From contig NC_042998.1 in the NCBI RefSeq assembly GCF_006345805.1, forward strand, positions 194,866,001 through 194,930,000: a DNA stretch of 64,000 nt. Direction: 5' to 3'. This DNA comes from Octopus sinensis. Its lineage: Eukaryota. A model generated the notes under the pieces. That model did not search any database. It worked only from the letters and a program-made list of their open reading frames with translations, and was not told the origin of the DNA. Shown piece after piece: positions 46,961 through 59,638 of the stretch. Made by a program: the position numbers and the translations under genes. The number at the start of each line of letters is the position of its first letter. Positions within the stretch are counted from its first letter, which is position 1.

Positions 46961-47289
46961 CACGCACACACATACACAACAACAACAACACACACACAGA
47001 GGTAATCATTCCGTAAGTCAGGGATGACATTGAAATAAAAATGCGAGAAGCCTTTGAAGACAGAAGACAGTGATAAGGATGAATAACACGACAGTAATGA
47101 ATTGAGCTCAAAACAGAGAATACGATTGGTTAAAATTCGAAGAATTAAACTACGTAAAAGTTACAAAATACATTTTTCTCAAAAAAACTAATTGAAATTA
47201 ATGTTTTCTTTTGACACATTCTACCAGTATACGAAGTTTCAAATTATTTAATTAAGTAGAAAATTCTGTCCATCTTTTAGAAAAGATCC

Positions 47290-47324
<35 letters not shown>

Positions 47325-48194
47325 TAACAATAACGATGATGATGATGATGATAATAATAATATTAATAATAATAATAATAATAATAATTATAATAACAAT
47401 AATAATAATAAACTTTAAAAAATTCCCAGTATTTTCTTTAAGAATAATGGTGAACATTTATAAAATATTTTTATCGACTCAATGTTTCAATGGGTTTGAT
47501 CTCCGATTGTCAGCACTCCCCTTCCTGGATATGCGTAGCAGAAGTGTAATTGTCAGAAATGTTTTCAGTTTGACACATCTAGACTTGAATACCCCAATAT
47601 CGGCCCCACAAGGCTTTTTCATTCCAGCTGTCACATGACCTCGTCAGTAGACGAACCGGTTGTTTCTATTGGTCAGTTTTCAGCCGTCTAATCGTGTTGG
47701 CGCAGCAGTTTATTTTTCCTTACGCGGGAAATATTTCACCAGCTTCTGGGAGCCATCTATTCCCCATAAGTACGGCGTTTCTCGACTGTTCTAGGTCTTT
47801 GGCACGCGTCACTGACCACACACGCAACTCGTCTCCAGCAACGATGTTCTGATACCAGCCAGACTCCGCTTTCATCTCCATCAGACGCCTGTCTTCATCA
47901 TTGCTGTATGAAGACCACACAGACCAACAGCTACCTCTACACACCACCAACAGTAGGTCAACCATGTCTACAGCATCAACAGTCCAGTCTAACCATGAAA
48001 TTCTCTCATACATGTTTGTAATAACCTGTAATGTTATGTTAATTCATTAAGGCAATCATAAATCGTCGCTTACCAGTTCATTTCATCTCAAGTTATATAT
48101 ATCCACTAGCGCTATGACCCGGCAACGCCGGGTCATAGTGCTAGAGCATGCATATACGGCTGCGTGCGTGCGCACATACACGCGAGAACTGTCC

Positions 48195-49670
48195 AAATTT
48201 TGGGTAAAATTTTCGGGAAATTTTGGGGGAAAATTTTCGGTGAATATTTTCGGCAATTTTTTAGGGAAAATTTTCATTGGGTAAAATTTTCGGTGAAAAT
48301 TTTCGAAAAATTTTGGGTGAAAATTTTCGAAAAATTTTTGGGTAAAATTTTCGGGAAATTTTGGGGGAAAATTTTCGATGAATATTTTCGGGAAATTTTT
48401 GGGGGAAAATTTTCGGGAATTTTGGGGGAAAATTTTCGGTGAAAATTTTCTAAAAAATTTTGGGGAAAATTTTCAGTGAAAATTTTCAGAAAATTTTTGC
48501 TGAAAATTTTCGGTGAAAGTTTTCGAAAAATTTTTGGAGAAAATTTTCTAAAAATTTTTGGTGAAAATATTCGAAATATTTCTGGGTAAAATTTTCGAAA
48601 AATTTTTGGGTAAAATTTTCGGGAAATTTTTGGGGAAAATTTTCGGTGAATACTTTCGGGAATTTTTAGGGAAAATTTTCATTGGGTAAAATTTTTGGTG
48701 AAAATTTCCGAAAAATTTTCGAAAAATTTTTGGCTAAAATTTTCGGGAAATTTTGGGGGAAAATTTTCGATGAATATTTTCGGGAATTTTTTAGGGAAAA
48801 TTTTCATTGGGTAAAATTTTCGGTGAAAATTTTCTAAAAAATTTTTGGGGAAAATTTTCAGTGAAAATTTTTGAAAAATTTTTGGGGAAAATTTTCGGGA
48901 AATTTTTGGGTAAAATTTTCGAAAAATTTTGTAGGAAAATTTTCGAAAAATTTTTGGGTAAAATTTTCAGTAAATTTTTGGGTAAAATTTTCGAAAAATT
49001 TTTGGGTAAAATTTTCGGTGAAAATTTTCAGAAAATTTTTGGGGAAAATTTTCAGTGAAAATTTTTGAAAAATTTTTGGGGAAAATTTTCGGGAAATTTT
49101 TGGGTAAAATTTTCGAAAAATTTTGTAGGAAAATTTTCGAAAAATTTTTGGGTAAAATTTTCAGTAAATTTTTGGGTAAAATTTTCGAAAAATTTTTGGG
49201 TAAAATTTTCGGTGAAAATTTTCAGAAAATTTTTGGGGAAAATTTTCGGGAAATTTTCGGGTAAAATTTTTGGGTAAAATTTTCGGTGAAAATTTTCGAA
49301 GAATTTTTGGGGAAAATTTTCAGAAAATTTTCGGCGAAAATTTTTGAAAAATTTTTGGTGAAAATTTTCGGTCAAAATTTTCGAAAAATTTGGGGGAAAA
49401 TTTTCGGTCAAAATTTTCGAAAAATTTTTGGGGAAAATTTTCAGTGAAAATTTTGGAAAAATTTTTGGGGAAAATTTTCGAAAAATTTTGGGGGAAAATT
49501 TTCAGTGAAAATTTTCGGTGAATATTTTCGGGAAATTTTTGGGGAAAATTTTCAGTGAAAATTTTCGAAAAATTTTTGGGTAAAATTTTCGGTGAAAATT
49601 TTCGAAAAAGTTTTGGAGAAAATTTTCGAAACATATCTGGGTAAATTTTCGGTCGAAATTTTCGAAAAAC
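48195..49670 (+). repeat. A4T4 satellite (12-13 bp units such as gggtaaaattttc, gaaaattttc), including a ~194-bp higher-order duplication
   Basis: direct reading; identical ORF starts at 48871 and 49065. Confidence 0.95.
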
Positions 49671-50519
49671 TTAATACCTATGTCTGTCCTTGTTTGTCCC
49701 CTCTATGTTTAACCCCTTGTGGGTAATAAAGAAATAGGTGTAATGGGGGTGTACTTGTCGAGAGAGGTTAGGAGATGCAAGTATATAGACATAGATAAAG
49801 GGATGACGAATAGCAAATGTCAGATACTGTCACCCTTTAAGTTACCACCAATACAGGCCAGAGGTGACGAAAGTGGCGGGGAGGGCGTTGTGATGATAAT
49901 AAGGTGGTTGTAAAAGATAATGAAGATCTGAAGCTGAAGGGGACCTGATACTACTAGAAGTGAGGAGAGATTTAGGACTCATCTGGTTATAGCGGTGCTA
50001 GAAATAGGTGCCCATAATATTGAATTTAAAGATCTGTAGTGTTGATGAAGGTGGGAACCGAGGGGTAAAATTAAAGATTTAAAAGTGACAAAAAATTCAG
50101 TCGAAAATAAAGATAAATTCATAAATGAAGGACATTTATTTATTATGTTTAAGTATAGTGAAATTATAAAGCCCAGAGACGAAGGTGATATAGTGCTAAT
50201 GGACAATAGAAATGAGATATAGTAATTATATTAGTGAAGAGAACATGAAAGTTAAATTAATTATATATATCTTAGTAATTCGTGTATAACTCCAAACCAC
50301 CAGAAGAATGAACTAGTAGTGTTCTATTAGGTACGAGAGTGTTTTGATATTCTGTTAGTTATAATCTAGGTTAGAGGCGTTAAATGTGAAATGAAGAAGA
50401 GAATGAGAATCTTCAAAGAAAAGATAAAAAGATATGGAGATACCGTGGTTTTACTAATTTAATTAAGTAAGCTCATATAATGTCTAAACTATATGTTATG
50501 AGAATCAAAAATAAAACTT

Positions 50520-52030
50520 GAATGACTTAAACATTTGTGGACACACGTAGGGAAGGCTTCATACTGCTTGTTTAATAATTGTTCAAGGTTATGTGGCAAG
50601 ATTTGTGAGGATTCCCTCAAACAAGCAACAGGGGTATGCTGGCCTTGATATGGAGGACCTGAATCAATATGTTGTGTGGTATATTCTTTTTCCTAAGTTA
50701 GTGTATCTTCTCTGCGAGAGAAGTATACTGTTTATCACATCTAAAAGAGTTTAAATCTGCAGAGTATCTTCGCTTAGAATTAACAATAGCACCTATATAA
50801 CTCTTGATACAGTTTTGAAGTTTGTTAAGGACCGTACACTTGTAGACCACATTAAACCTCCTGCAGTGAGCTTGCAGTGGGCATTTATTCCCAACTTTTA
50901 AGTTGCAATGGGATCTATTTGGTTTATGCGTTTTTTCCGCTATGTGAATTGGAGAATGCAAGATTAGAAGGTGCACCATGGTTTAAGGCGGTTCCTTCTA
51001 ATCCGCTCTCAGTGTATTAGTTGTTTTCGATGTCACTTGTATTGTTATCGTAGGGATTGGTGACTGAAAGCATAGATATTTCTGACTCTTGGGAAAGACT
51101 AAGAGCTGCATTATTCTCTTGGTTTGTAGCAGAAACACTACTATTGTAATTGGTACTAATATTGTTGTTGTTGTTGTTGCTGTTGTTATTTTTGTTGTTA
51201 ATGCTAATACTGTTTGTGTTATCCCTAGTGTTATTATTACTGATACTATCGCCATAATTTCGACAGTTATTAGCGTTAGTAATAGCACCACTGTCAATAG
51301 GATTCTCGTTAACGTTAGTATTGTAATTGTTATTATCGTTTCTATTATTAGGATTAACAATAATATCATAATTATGGCTATTGTTGTAATTATTATCATC
51401 ATTATTGGCCATTGAGCTAAGGAGAAAGGGTTATTGCTATCATCATTTAAATTTTGTTTGTCATGATCAGCTTACTTCGATAACATAGAGGCGCAATGGC
51501 CCAGTGGTTAGGGCAGCGGACTCGCGGTCATAGGATCGCGGTTTCGATTCCCAGACCGGACGTTGTGAGTGTTTATTGAGCGAAAACACCTAAAGCTCCA
51601 CGAGGCTCCGGCAGGTGATCCCTGCTGCACTCTTTCACCACAACTTTCTCTCACTCTTACTTCCTGTTTCTGTTGTACCTGTATTTCAAAGGGCCGGCCT
51701 TGTCACTCGCTGTGTCACGCTGAATATCCCCGAGAACTACGTTAAGGGTACACGTGTCTGTGGAGTACTCAGCCACTTACACGTTAATTTCACGAGCAGG
51801 CTGTTCCGTTGATCGGATCAACCGGAACCCTCGTCGTCGTAACCGACGGAGTGCTTCCATCCCACTTCGATAACTTAGATGACAGAAGTGGTTCCCGGCG
51901 AATATATAATGAAAGAATAAAATAATCGGTTCGATCCGCGCTCTAAGTAGCCGAAGCCCTGGGGTTTAACTACTGCGGCTAATTTCCCAGCGAACTAGTT
52001 ATATAATTTATTAAACATGTGGTATATGAT
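50520..52030 (-). mobile_element. decayed Penelope-like element (GIY-YIG endonuclease with an Asn-rich upstream segment), interrupted by a SINE
   Basis: KCPLQAHCRRFNVVYKCTV...KSYIG...KRRYS..LNSF (50698-50979). Confidence 0.8.
51490..51863 (+). mobile_element. tRNA(Arg)-like SINE, family 2
   Basis: TSD acttcgataac(a/t)taga. Confidence 0.9.
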
Positions 52031-52146
52031 TCTGTATATATATATATTTATTCATAACCCATGATGTTTTGGTATTGCAGTTGATTGCAGTTGTAAAAAT
52101 ATGTGAGCTATGTGCGTGTGTGTGCGTGTGTGTGCGCGCGTGTGTG

Positions 52147-52206
<60 letters not shown>

Positions 52207-52736
52207 CGCTCGTATGCTTATTGTTTAGCATGAAGGAGAAAATATAAACATTGAGGGGGTTACACAGAAGTTACAAACAGTTTAGTTCTGAAATGGGGTG
52301 GGATTACGGAAAGTATTTAGTACGAGACATTGTTATGACGAGAAGAGAGGGGGTAGGTGCAAAGTGTAAGTCAAAAGTGGGGGGGGGGGTTATAGTGTTT
52401 ATGTAGTTGTACCGTACGGTGCTGTCAAAGGATGCTGAATTGCCGATGTTCCCTACATGATATTCTTGAGGTCACGGCTATTTTGAGGGTGTGTGTATGT
52501 TTATCGAGTGGGATGTGTTTAATAAGCGTGTGGGCGAGTCCTGTGTGCAGATCTTAAGGAAGGCGTGAAAGATGTCATCTTCATTGCAACGTGTTTGAAG
52601 CTGTACGTAAACAAAAGAATGTGAAAGAAATGAAGAGACTCGAGTTGAAAGTGACGGTTGGAAAGACTAGTGTCAACACATGCTGACCGAAAGTTTGTAA
52701 TTAGAGATAAGTTAGCTTTGTATCAGGACAAAATTG

Positions 52737-53150
52737 GGATCTTTTCGGTTTGAACGGCAGTTTTTAACATGATTTCTAGGTAACTAAAAAATTTTAAACT
52801 TCCCATACTGGTAGAATGTGTTTATAAAGCAATCTTTTTCTCTTGGCTTTATTGAGAAAATTCTATGGTTTGTAAGATATTTGTTGTTGTTTTTTTCTTC
52901 AATTTCTGCAATTTCAACCAATCACTGACGTCTATTGAGGTGAAAACATTCTGTGCCATGTGAATATGTCCCTCGTTTAAGAAACAGATTGGGTTTATTT
53001 ACATTTGTGAAGAAAAAAAATATACCCTTCCCCCACCCCTAACCCTAAAAGAGATTGAAATGCAATAGATCGATTCTAGGGTCATAATTATGGGTGACAA
53101 TTTCATATGACACCGCTAGAAAAAAACTGCCGTTCAAATCGAAAAGATCC
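52737..53150. mobile_element. MITE with GG...CC ends and 8-bp TSD (Merlin-like)
   Basis: TIR ggatcttttcggtttgaacggcagttttt / aaaaactgccgttcaaatcgaaaagatcc; TSD caaaattg at 52729-52736 and 53151-53158. Confidence 0.85.
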
Positions 53151-53282
53151 CAAAATTGCCAGGTGATTATTTAAACAAATAATACCCTCAGTTTAGGAAT
53201 AAATATTCCGAGTTCGAATTTCATCTTTTACTGTATACATATGTAACGAAGATGAGGTGAGTGAGAAAGATGTATGTGGAAA

Positions 53283-53637
53283 TCTCTAAACGGCAAAATG
53301 TCTGTGTGTGTGTCCTTTATACAAATCCACAATTTTTCAGTTAGAGGGCTCGCACTTTCTATGGTCATTCAAAACCGTACAAGGGTGGTCGTGCACATCT
53401 TTACATTTCCTCAGTCACCCCGCAAAGCCATTAAAAATCAATAGAAGTGACATTTTTGTGAATTTTCTATCCAAAGCCCAATCAAAATGCTCGAAACTTG
53501 ATACATCAATTGAATGCCAGCTAGCTGTATGTGATTGGTCAGAGATTTGGACAGTTCTCGCGTGTATGTGCGCACGCACGCAGCCGTATATGCATGCTCT
53601 AGCACTATGACTCGGCGTTGCCGGGTCATAGCGCTAG
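53283..53637 (+). mobile_element. non-autonomous Helitron spanning the inner edge of the right arm; only its last ~93 bp are present in the left arm (48106-48198)
   Basis: a|TCtctaaacggc ... ctatgactcggcgttgccgggtcatagcgCTAG|t. Confidence 0.85.
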
Positions 53638-54412
53638 TGGATATATATAACTTGAGATGAAATGAACTGGTAAGCGACGATTTATGATTGCCTTAATGAA
53701 TTAACATAACATTACAGGTTATTACAAACATGTATGAGAGAATTTCATGGTTAGACTGGACTGTTGATGCTGTAGACATGGTTGACCTACTGTTGGTGGT
53801 GTGTAGAGGTAGCTGTTGGTCTGTGTGGTCTTCATACAGCAATGATGAAGACAGGCGTCTGATGGAGATGAAAGCGGAGTCTGGCTGGTATCAGAACATC
53901 GTTGCTGGAGACGAGTTGCGTGTGTGGTCAGTGACGCGTGCCAAAGACCTAGAACAGTCGAGAAACGCCGTACTTATGGGGAATAGATGGCTCCCAGAAG
54001 CTGGTGAAATATTTCCCGCGTAAGGAAAAATAAACTGCTGCGCCAACACGATTAGACGGCTGAAAACTGACCAATAGAAACAACCGGTTCGTCTACTGAC
54101 GAGGTCATGTGACAGCTGGAATGAAAAAGCCTTGTGGGGCCGATATTGGGGTATTCAAGTCTAGATGTGTCAAACTGAAAACATTTCTGACAATTACACT
54201 TCTGCTACGCATATCCAGGAAGGGGAGTGCTGACAATCGGAGATCAAACCCATTGAAACATTGAGTCGATAAAAATATTTTATAAATGTTCACCATTATT
54301 CTTAAAGAAAATACTGGGAATTTTTTAAAGTTTATTATTATTATTGTTATTATAATTATTATTATTATTATTATTAATATTATTATTATCATCATCATCA
54401 TCGTTATTGTTA

Positions 54413-54444
<32 letters not shown>

Positions 54445-54807
54445 GGATCTTTTCTAAAAGATGGACAGAATTTTCTACTTAATTAAATAATTTGAAACTT
54501 CGTATACTGGTAGAATGTGTCAAAAGAAAACATTAATTTCAATTAGTTTTTTTGAGAAAAATGTATTTTGTAACTTTTACGTAGTTTAATTCTTCGAATT
54601 TTAACCAATCGTATTCTCTGTTTTGAGCTCAATTCATTACTGCCGTGTTATTCATCCTTATCACTGTCTTCTGTCTTCAAAGGCTTCTCGCATTTTTATT
54701 TCAATGTCATCCCTGACTTACGGAATGATTACCTCTGTGTGTGTGTTGTTGTTGTTGTGTATGTGTGTGCGTGTGTGTATACATATATATATATATATAT
54801 ATATATA

Positions 54808-54857
<50 letters not shown>

Positions 54858-54880
54858 GTGTATATATATATATGTGTGTA

Positions 54881-54934
<54 letters not shown>

Positions 54935-54956
54935 TCGGAGTGTACAGCATTATATA

Positions 54957-55047
54957 TCCATTACGCCGATCTTACAAATCAGTTTCGCACTGATAGGTAA
55001 TAGCTCTATTATGTAAGCCTGCGCTCTTCAGAGATGGCAGTTATGGA
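54957..55047 (-). ncRNA. type I hammerhead ribozyme (family A, right-arm copy)
   Basis: mirror of 46688-46779 with a 1-nt deletion in distal stem I. Confidence 0.76.
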
Positions 55048-57134
55048 ATGAACTATGGGGACTGCTCTTTATTGTCGGAGATGAACAGACACATCTGGTT
55101 TGCAGTTGCTGTGAAAAGACGATGAAGCGAACCGAACAAAGTGTTAAGTTAAGACTTATGAGACTTGGAACCAAAACATCATTTCTGGGGGTGTTTGTGA
55201 GGGGACAAGAGCTTTCTGAAAAAGAGTGTATGGGAAGTGTATGCATGTTTTAGGATTGGTGTTCTTGTAGAAGTGGAATGTGTGTAGCGTTTTCAGGGAG
55301 GGGTGGTGCCCAGAGGCTGCATACACACCTGTCTTCGTTAGTGTGTTGTTTTTTCCTTTAATGTTTTGGTTGAAACTTTTGGTTGAATTCTTTGGGGCAT
55401 TTATGTATGAATGGAATGTGTGTAGAGGTACAACATATGTAGGAGCTTGTATTGGCGGGGTGTGGAAAAGGGTCTGGAATAGGGTGGATGTCTGCCGTGT
55501 TAAGGCATGTGTGTTTGTGAGTGCGTTGGTGCATGTTCTGGTCAAACATTTTGCCGGATTCTCAGGTATTAGTGGAGAGAGGGCTGAATCTAGGGAATTG
55601 GGAATTATTGTCAGGATGAGGTACTTCCTTCCATGTAGGCACGGATTATAATTTTCCCCTTCTGCTGTTCAGGTAGACGCCTGGGACCTGAGAACTCTTT
55701 AATATCGCTCTTTTGTTAGCCAGACATAATCTTCACTTCCTGCTACTATTGAAGTATGCTTTACATTTCTCTAGAATCCATCCCTTTATGCCGTACTCGG
55801 TGGAGCTTTCTTGTTGTATTCGGGGATGGTCATATTTTGCTAATTAAACACACGCACTATATACTTGGTTTTCATTTCTACTTTATTTTTATTATTATTT
55901 TAGTTTCTTTAAAAAATTCTTTCGCCACACATCCTGTGACCTCTTCAATGATTCTCTATCCCACGTGTCTCCTTTTATTCTGTTTAAATGGAATAAGTAG
56001 TTAACTAGAGAGACAGGTGTAGTATCTTCCATTTGCTTTGGACTGTATCCATGCTATGACACTGCATTGAAGAGTTTACTTGAATAAACTGACCCTAGGA
56101 CATTTTTTCAACAGCAACTGCAAACCAGATTTTTTCAAGTATGATACTGACTCTTCTATTGGTTTCTTTTGCCGAACCGCTTATGTACGAGGACACAAAA
56201 CTAATCAACACCGGTTGTCATGCAATGATGTGGGGCCAAATACAACTCAAACACAAGCACGTATAGACACATACCGAATCCACTCAGAATGCTTTGCTCG
56301 GCACGACTATAGTAGAAGATGATCCAATGTGCCCTGCAGTGGGACTAAACCCAGGACCACATGGTTGGGAAGAAAGCTTCTTAACAACACGGCAACATCT
56401 TATGTGTTAGCAGTTTTCAATATTGAGGCCAACAGAGTTGAGGTTCAATAGAGTAACTCACAGGTTTCAGCCAGCACTTAATTGCCTTTTTGTCGAATTT
56501 CATTATTTACAATATCGTCAAGGACAATCAGTAACAATAAAGACTGAAAGGGGTTCTGGTGACCCCTCTTTTTCTATCCATGGTGATATCGTAAGACTGA
56601 CAGCTTTAATTTACATATGCATTATCGGCTAAAACCTGTAGAGTAATTCTGCTGTACAGTAAAACATATATGTGCGTGTATATGTTATGTATGCGTGTGT
56701 GTATGTATATGTGTTTATATGCGTAATTGAAAATATGTGTGTGGCTACATATCATGTCCACGTTTGTCCTCTTTCCTCAAAGCAATAAGAATGTCTTTTT
56801 CCTAAATGTTGCATGGACTTTGGAGAATTCTTTATTCTTGGTGTTATCTCCCCTTCTCATATGGAGCTGTTCTTAATTGTCTTTTGGTACCCGTGACACA
56901 TACACTAGCGGTGGAGAAAATTTTACTAAATTAAGAATTTGTTATATCGTATTTGATATACATGTATTTGTCCATGTTGTTCATTTACATACCACTCATC
57001 ATTCACCATTCTTATTTCTCTTATTTCTCTTATTATTTCTCATTTTTGCTTAACTTGTGCCAATCACCTAGATCATAAATATATTCTACTTCTTTTGTAT
57101 ATTTCTACGTTCCTTGACTACATGAGACAGGTTG

Positions 57135-57192
57135 GGACAATTGCCGTACTGATGATGCCTGTTCAGGTAGAAACAAGTGTCTACGTTTGTCC
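57135..57192 (+). ncRNA. minimal type I hammerhead ribozyme (family B)
   Basis: ggacaa-ttgc-cgta-CTGATGA-tgcct(gttc)aggta-GAAAC-aagt-GTC-tacg-t-ttgtcc; predicted cleavage after C57181. Confidence 0.8.
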
Positions 57193-59605
57193 TTTTATCG
57201 TCAGACAAAAAGTCTGCCATTTCCTTTAATGGCATGTCACCTTTGGTGAATAATTGAGGTTACCTTCCCTTTTCTTATGGCACTATTGTCAATTACCTAT
57301 TTCTTTACTACCCACAAGGGGCTAAACACAGAGAGGACAAACAAGGACAGACAAACGGATTTCATCGACCCCAGTGCGTAACTGGTACTTAATTTATCGA
57401 CCCCGAAAGGATGAAAGGCAAAGTCGACCTCGGCGGAATTTGAACTCAGAACGTAACGGCAGACGAAATACGGCTACGTATTTCGCCCGGCGTGCTAACA
57501 ATTCTGCCAGCTCGCCGCCTCAATTACCATTTGGCAGGTGTAACACATTTTCTGGAGACGGAGATAATTCCAGTGAATCAAGAATTTATGTTGTATGGTA
57601 TTTGACATACCTGTATTTGTCTATATTGTTCATATACATGTGACTTGTCACTCCGATTTATTAACTCATTGTTTTGTTTAACAGACATACACACACACAC
57701 AAGCACGCGCACACAATATATACGCACATTCATAAGAGAATGTGTCTATCACTCATGTGTTGTGTGTGTGTGTGTGTGCACGTGTGTGTACGTTTGTTTA
57801 CTTCGTAGTCAACAATGTCGACAACATTGCATTCTTTTAGCCATGAAAGCTATTCTTAGAACAGAGGAGGAATCAGATGAGTGAGATGTGGCTGAGAGCT
57901 CGGCTTCACTGCATGGGTGGCATTAGAATGACACTCCTACAACCACAGTTATTGACACCACCAAGTAGTAGTAGTAGTAGTAGTAGTATTAGTGGTGGTG
58001 GTGGTGGTGGTGTGTGTGTGTGTGAGGTAGTAGTAGTATATTATTATTATTACTACCTCCGCTACAAATGGTAATATTGCCACCCATAACACTTATCATC
58101 AATACTACGTGACTACAATTACTATTTCTACTACAGTAACAATTACAGCTACCACTATTACTACACTACACCAACAATTACTACTATTACTATTGCTAAT
58201 TATTATTGCTATTATTATTATTATTATTATGTTTTTTCCTTCCTTCTTCAAATTTTCTTCCATTTCTCGCCGGGTGTTTTCCATACACCTAGGGCAGAGA
58301 AGCTCATTGTATGCATTCCCAGATTACACACGCAAATTCACAGATAAAATATGTATTTAAAAATTAATAAATAAATAAATTCATGGATGGATGTTGTTTT
58401 CACAGCGATAATGCTCTTCTCAGTACATGAGCCATTCCAGTTAATATGATTTTTGCACTTCCTGTAGGGATGGTAAGCCTGGAATCATTTTCAAATAGGT
58501 TTCAGTACCTTTTTTTATCATTCCTAGAGATCCTACAATCACTGGTACTGTAGTCGCCTTGAGATGCCACATTTTATCAATTTCTATTAGCAGGTCTTTA
58601 TATTTACTAATCTTGTCAAATTCTTTCGCCACTATATTGTGATCGCAAGGGATACTCATGTCAGTTAATAAACACATCTTTTTTGTCTGATCTTTTATAA
58701 TAATATCCGGTTTATTAGCTTTTATAGTCTTGTCGGTCTAGCAGTGCGTGCCATCAAAGTGACACTGGGCAACAAGTATACGAAGCCCAGTATACCCATC
58801 ATGACTACCCGTCTGATAAGGGTACACCAGGCATATACATCACAACCATATGTGCGCAACATGGGGGATCTCATATCAAGATAAACAGCGCATGACCTTG
58901 CAGGTGAGGCCCAGTTAGAATTTTCTTCTGGTCGAGTAACCGATCCTGCTCAAAAGGTCCCTGAATAAGGGTTGCTTCAACACATGGCTATGATGCTCCC
59001 CCACTACTTCTGCCCGTGATCAGAGATGCACATATCGTCAGCCACTAAGGGACATGCTCAACTGGTTAAGGTCAAACAACTGACGAGCAAATCTGTGGTA
59101 TTGAGCAGAATATTTGCTGTAGTCCATCTTTTATACCAAGACAAAAGAATGTACATGATAACACTTCCAATCAGTTAAGATCAGAAGCCACCGCCTGGTA
59201 CTGCACCAGGGTATTTATTATTATTAATATTATTATTATTATTATTATTATTACTGAGAAATATGTTACAGCAAGTTATCAAACGTTCTGTAGTCGCTAC
59301 GTTCTGAGTTCTGAGTTCAAATTCTGCCATGGTCGACTTTGCCTTTCATCCTTTCGGAGTCAATAAAATAAGGATCAGTGAAACCCTGAGGTCGATGTAA
59401 TCGACTAGTCCTCCTTCCCAAAATTTCAGGCCTTGTGCCTATAGTAGAAAAAGATTAGTAGTAGTAGTAGTAGTAGTGAGAAATACGTTACAGCAAGTCA
59501 TCAAATGTTTTGTAGTCCCCAACAACAAAACAATGTACATGATAACACTTCCAATCGGTTAAGATGGGAAGCCATGAAAGCCACTGTCTGGTACTGCATC
59601 AGGGC

Positions 59606-59638
<33 letters not shown>

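Larger units (their letters stand above)
39972..48198 (+). repeat. left arm (8227 bp) of a large inverted duplication
   Basis: reverse complement of 53545-61529; mirrored ORF-track entries along the whole length. Confidence 0.97.

Noticed and set aside
48083-49634. Repetitive K/F/G/E-rich ORFs and a CRISPR-like appearance
   Set aside because: Translations of a stop-poor satellite; no unique spacers, no cas genes, eukaryotic context
51017-51412. 131-aa Asn-rich ORF as a standalone gene
   Set aside because: Low-complexity segment directly upstream of the Penelope GIY-YIG remnant on the same strand
53036-53049. ccctaaccctaa telomere-like motif
   Set aside because: Only two units, internal to a MITE
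54075-54115. gaaac...gtc and ctgacgaggtcatgtgac resembling hammerhead parts
   Set aside because: No GAAA after the putative stem II and no stem I; the core cannot be assembled
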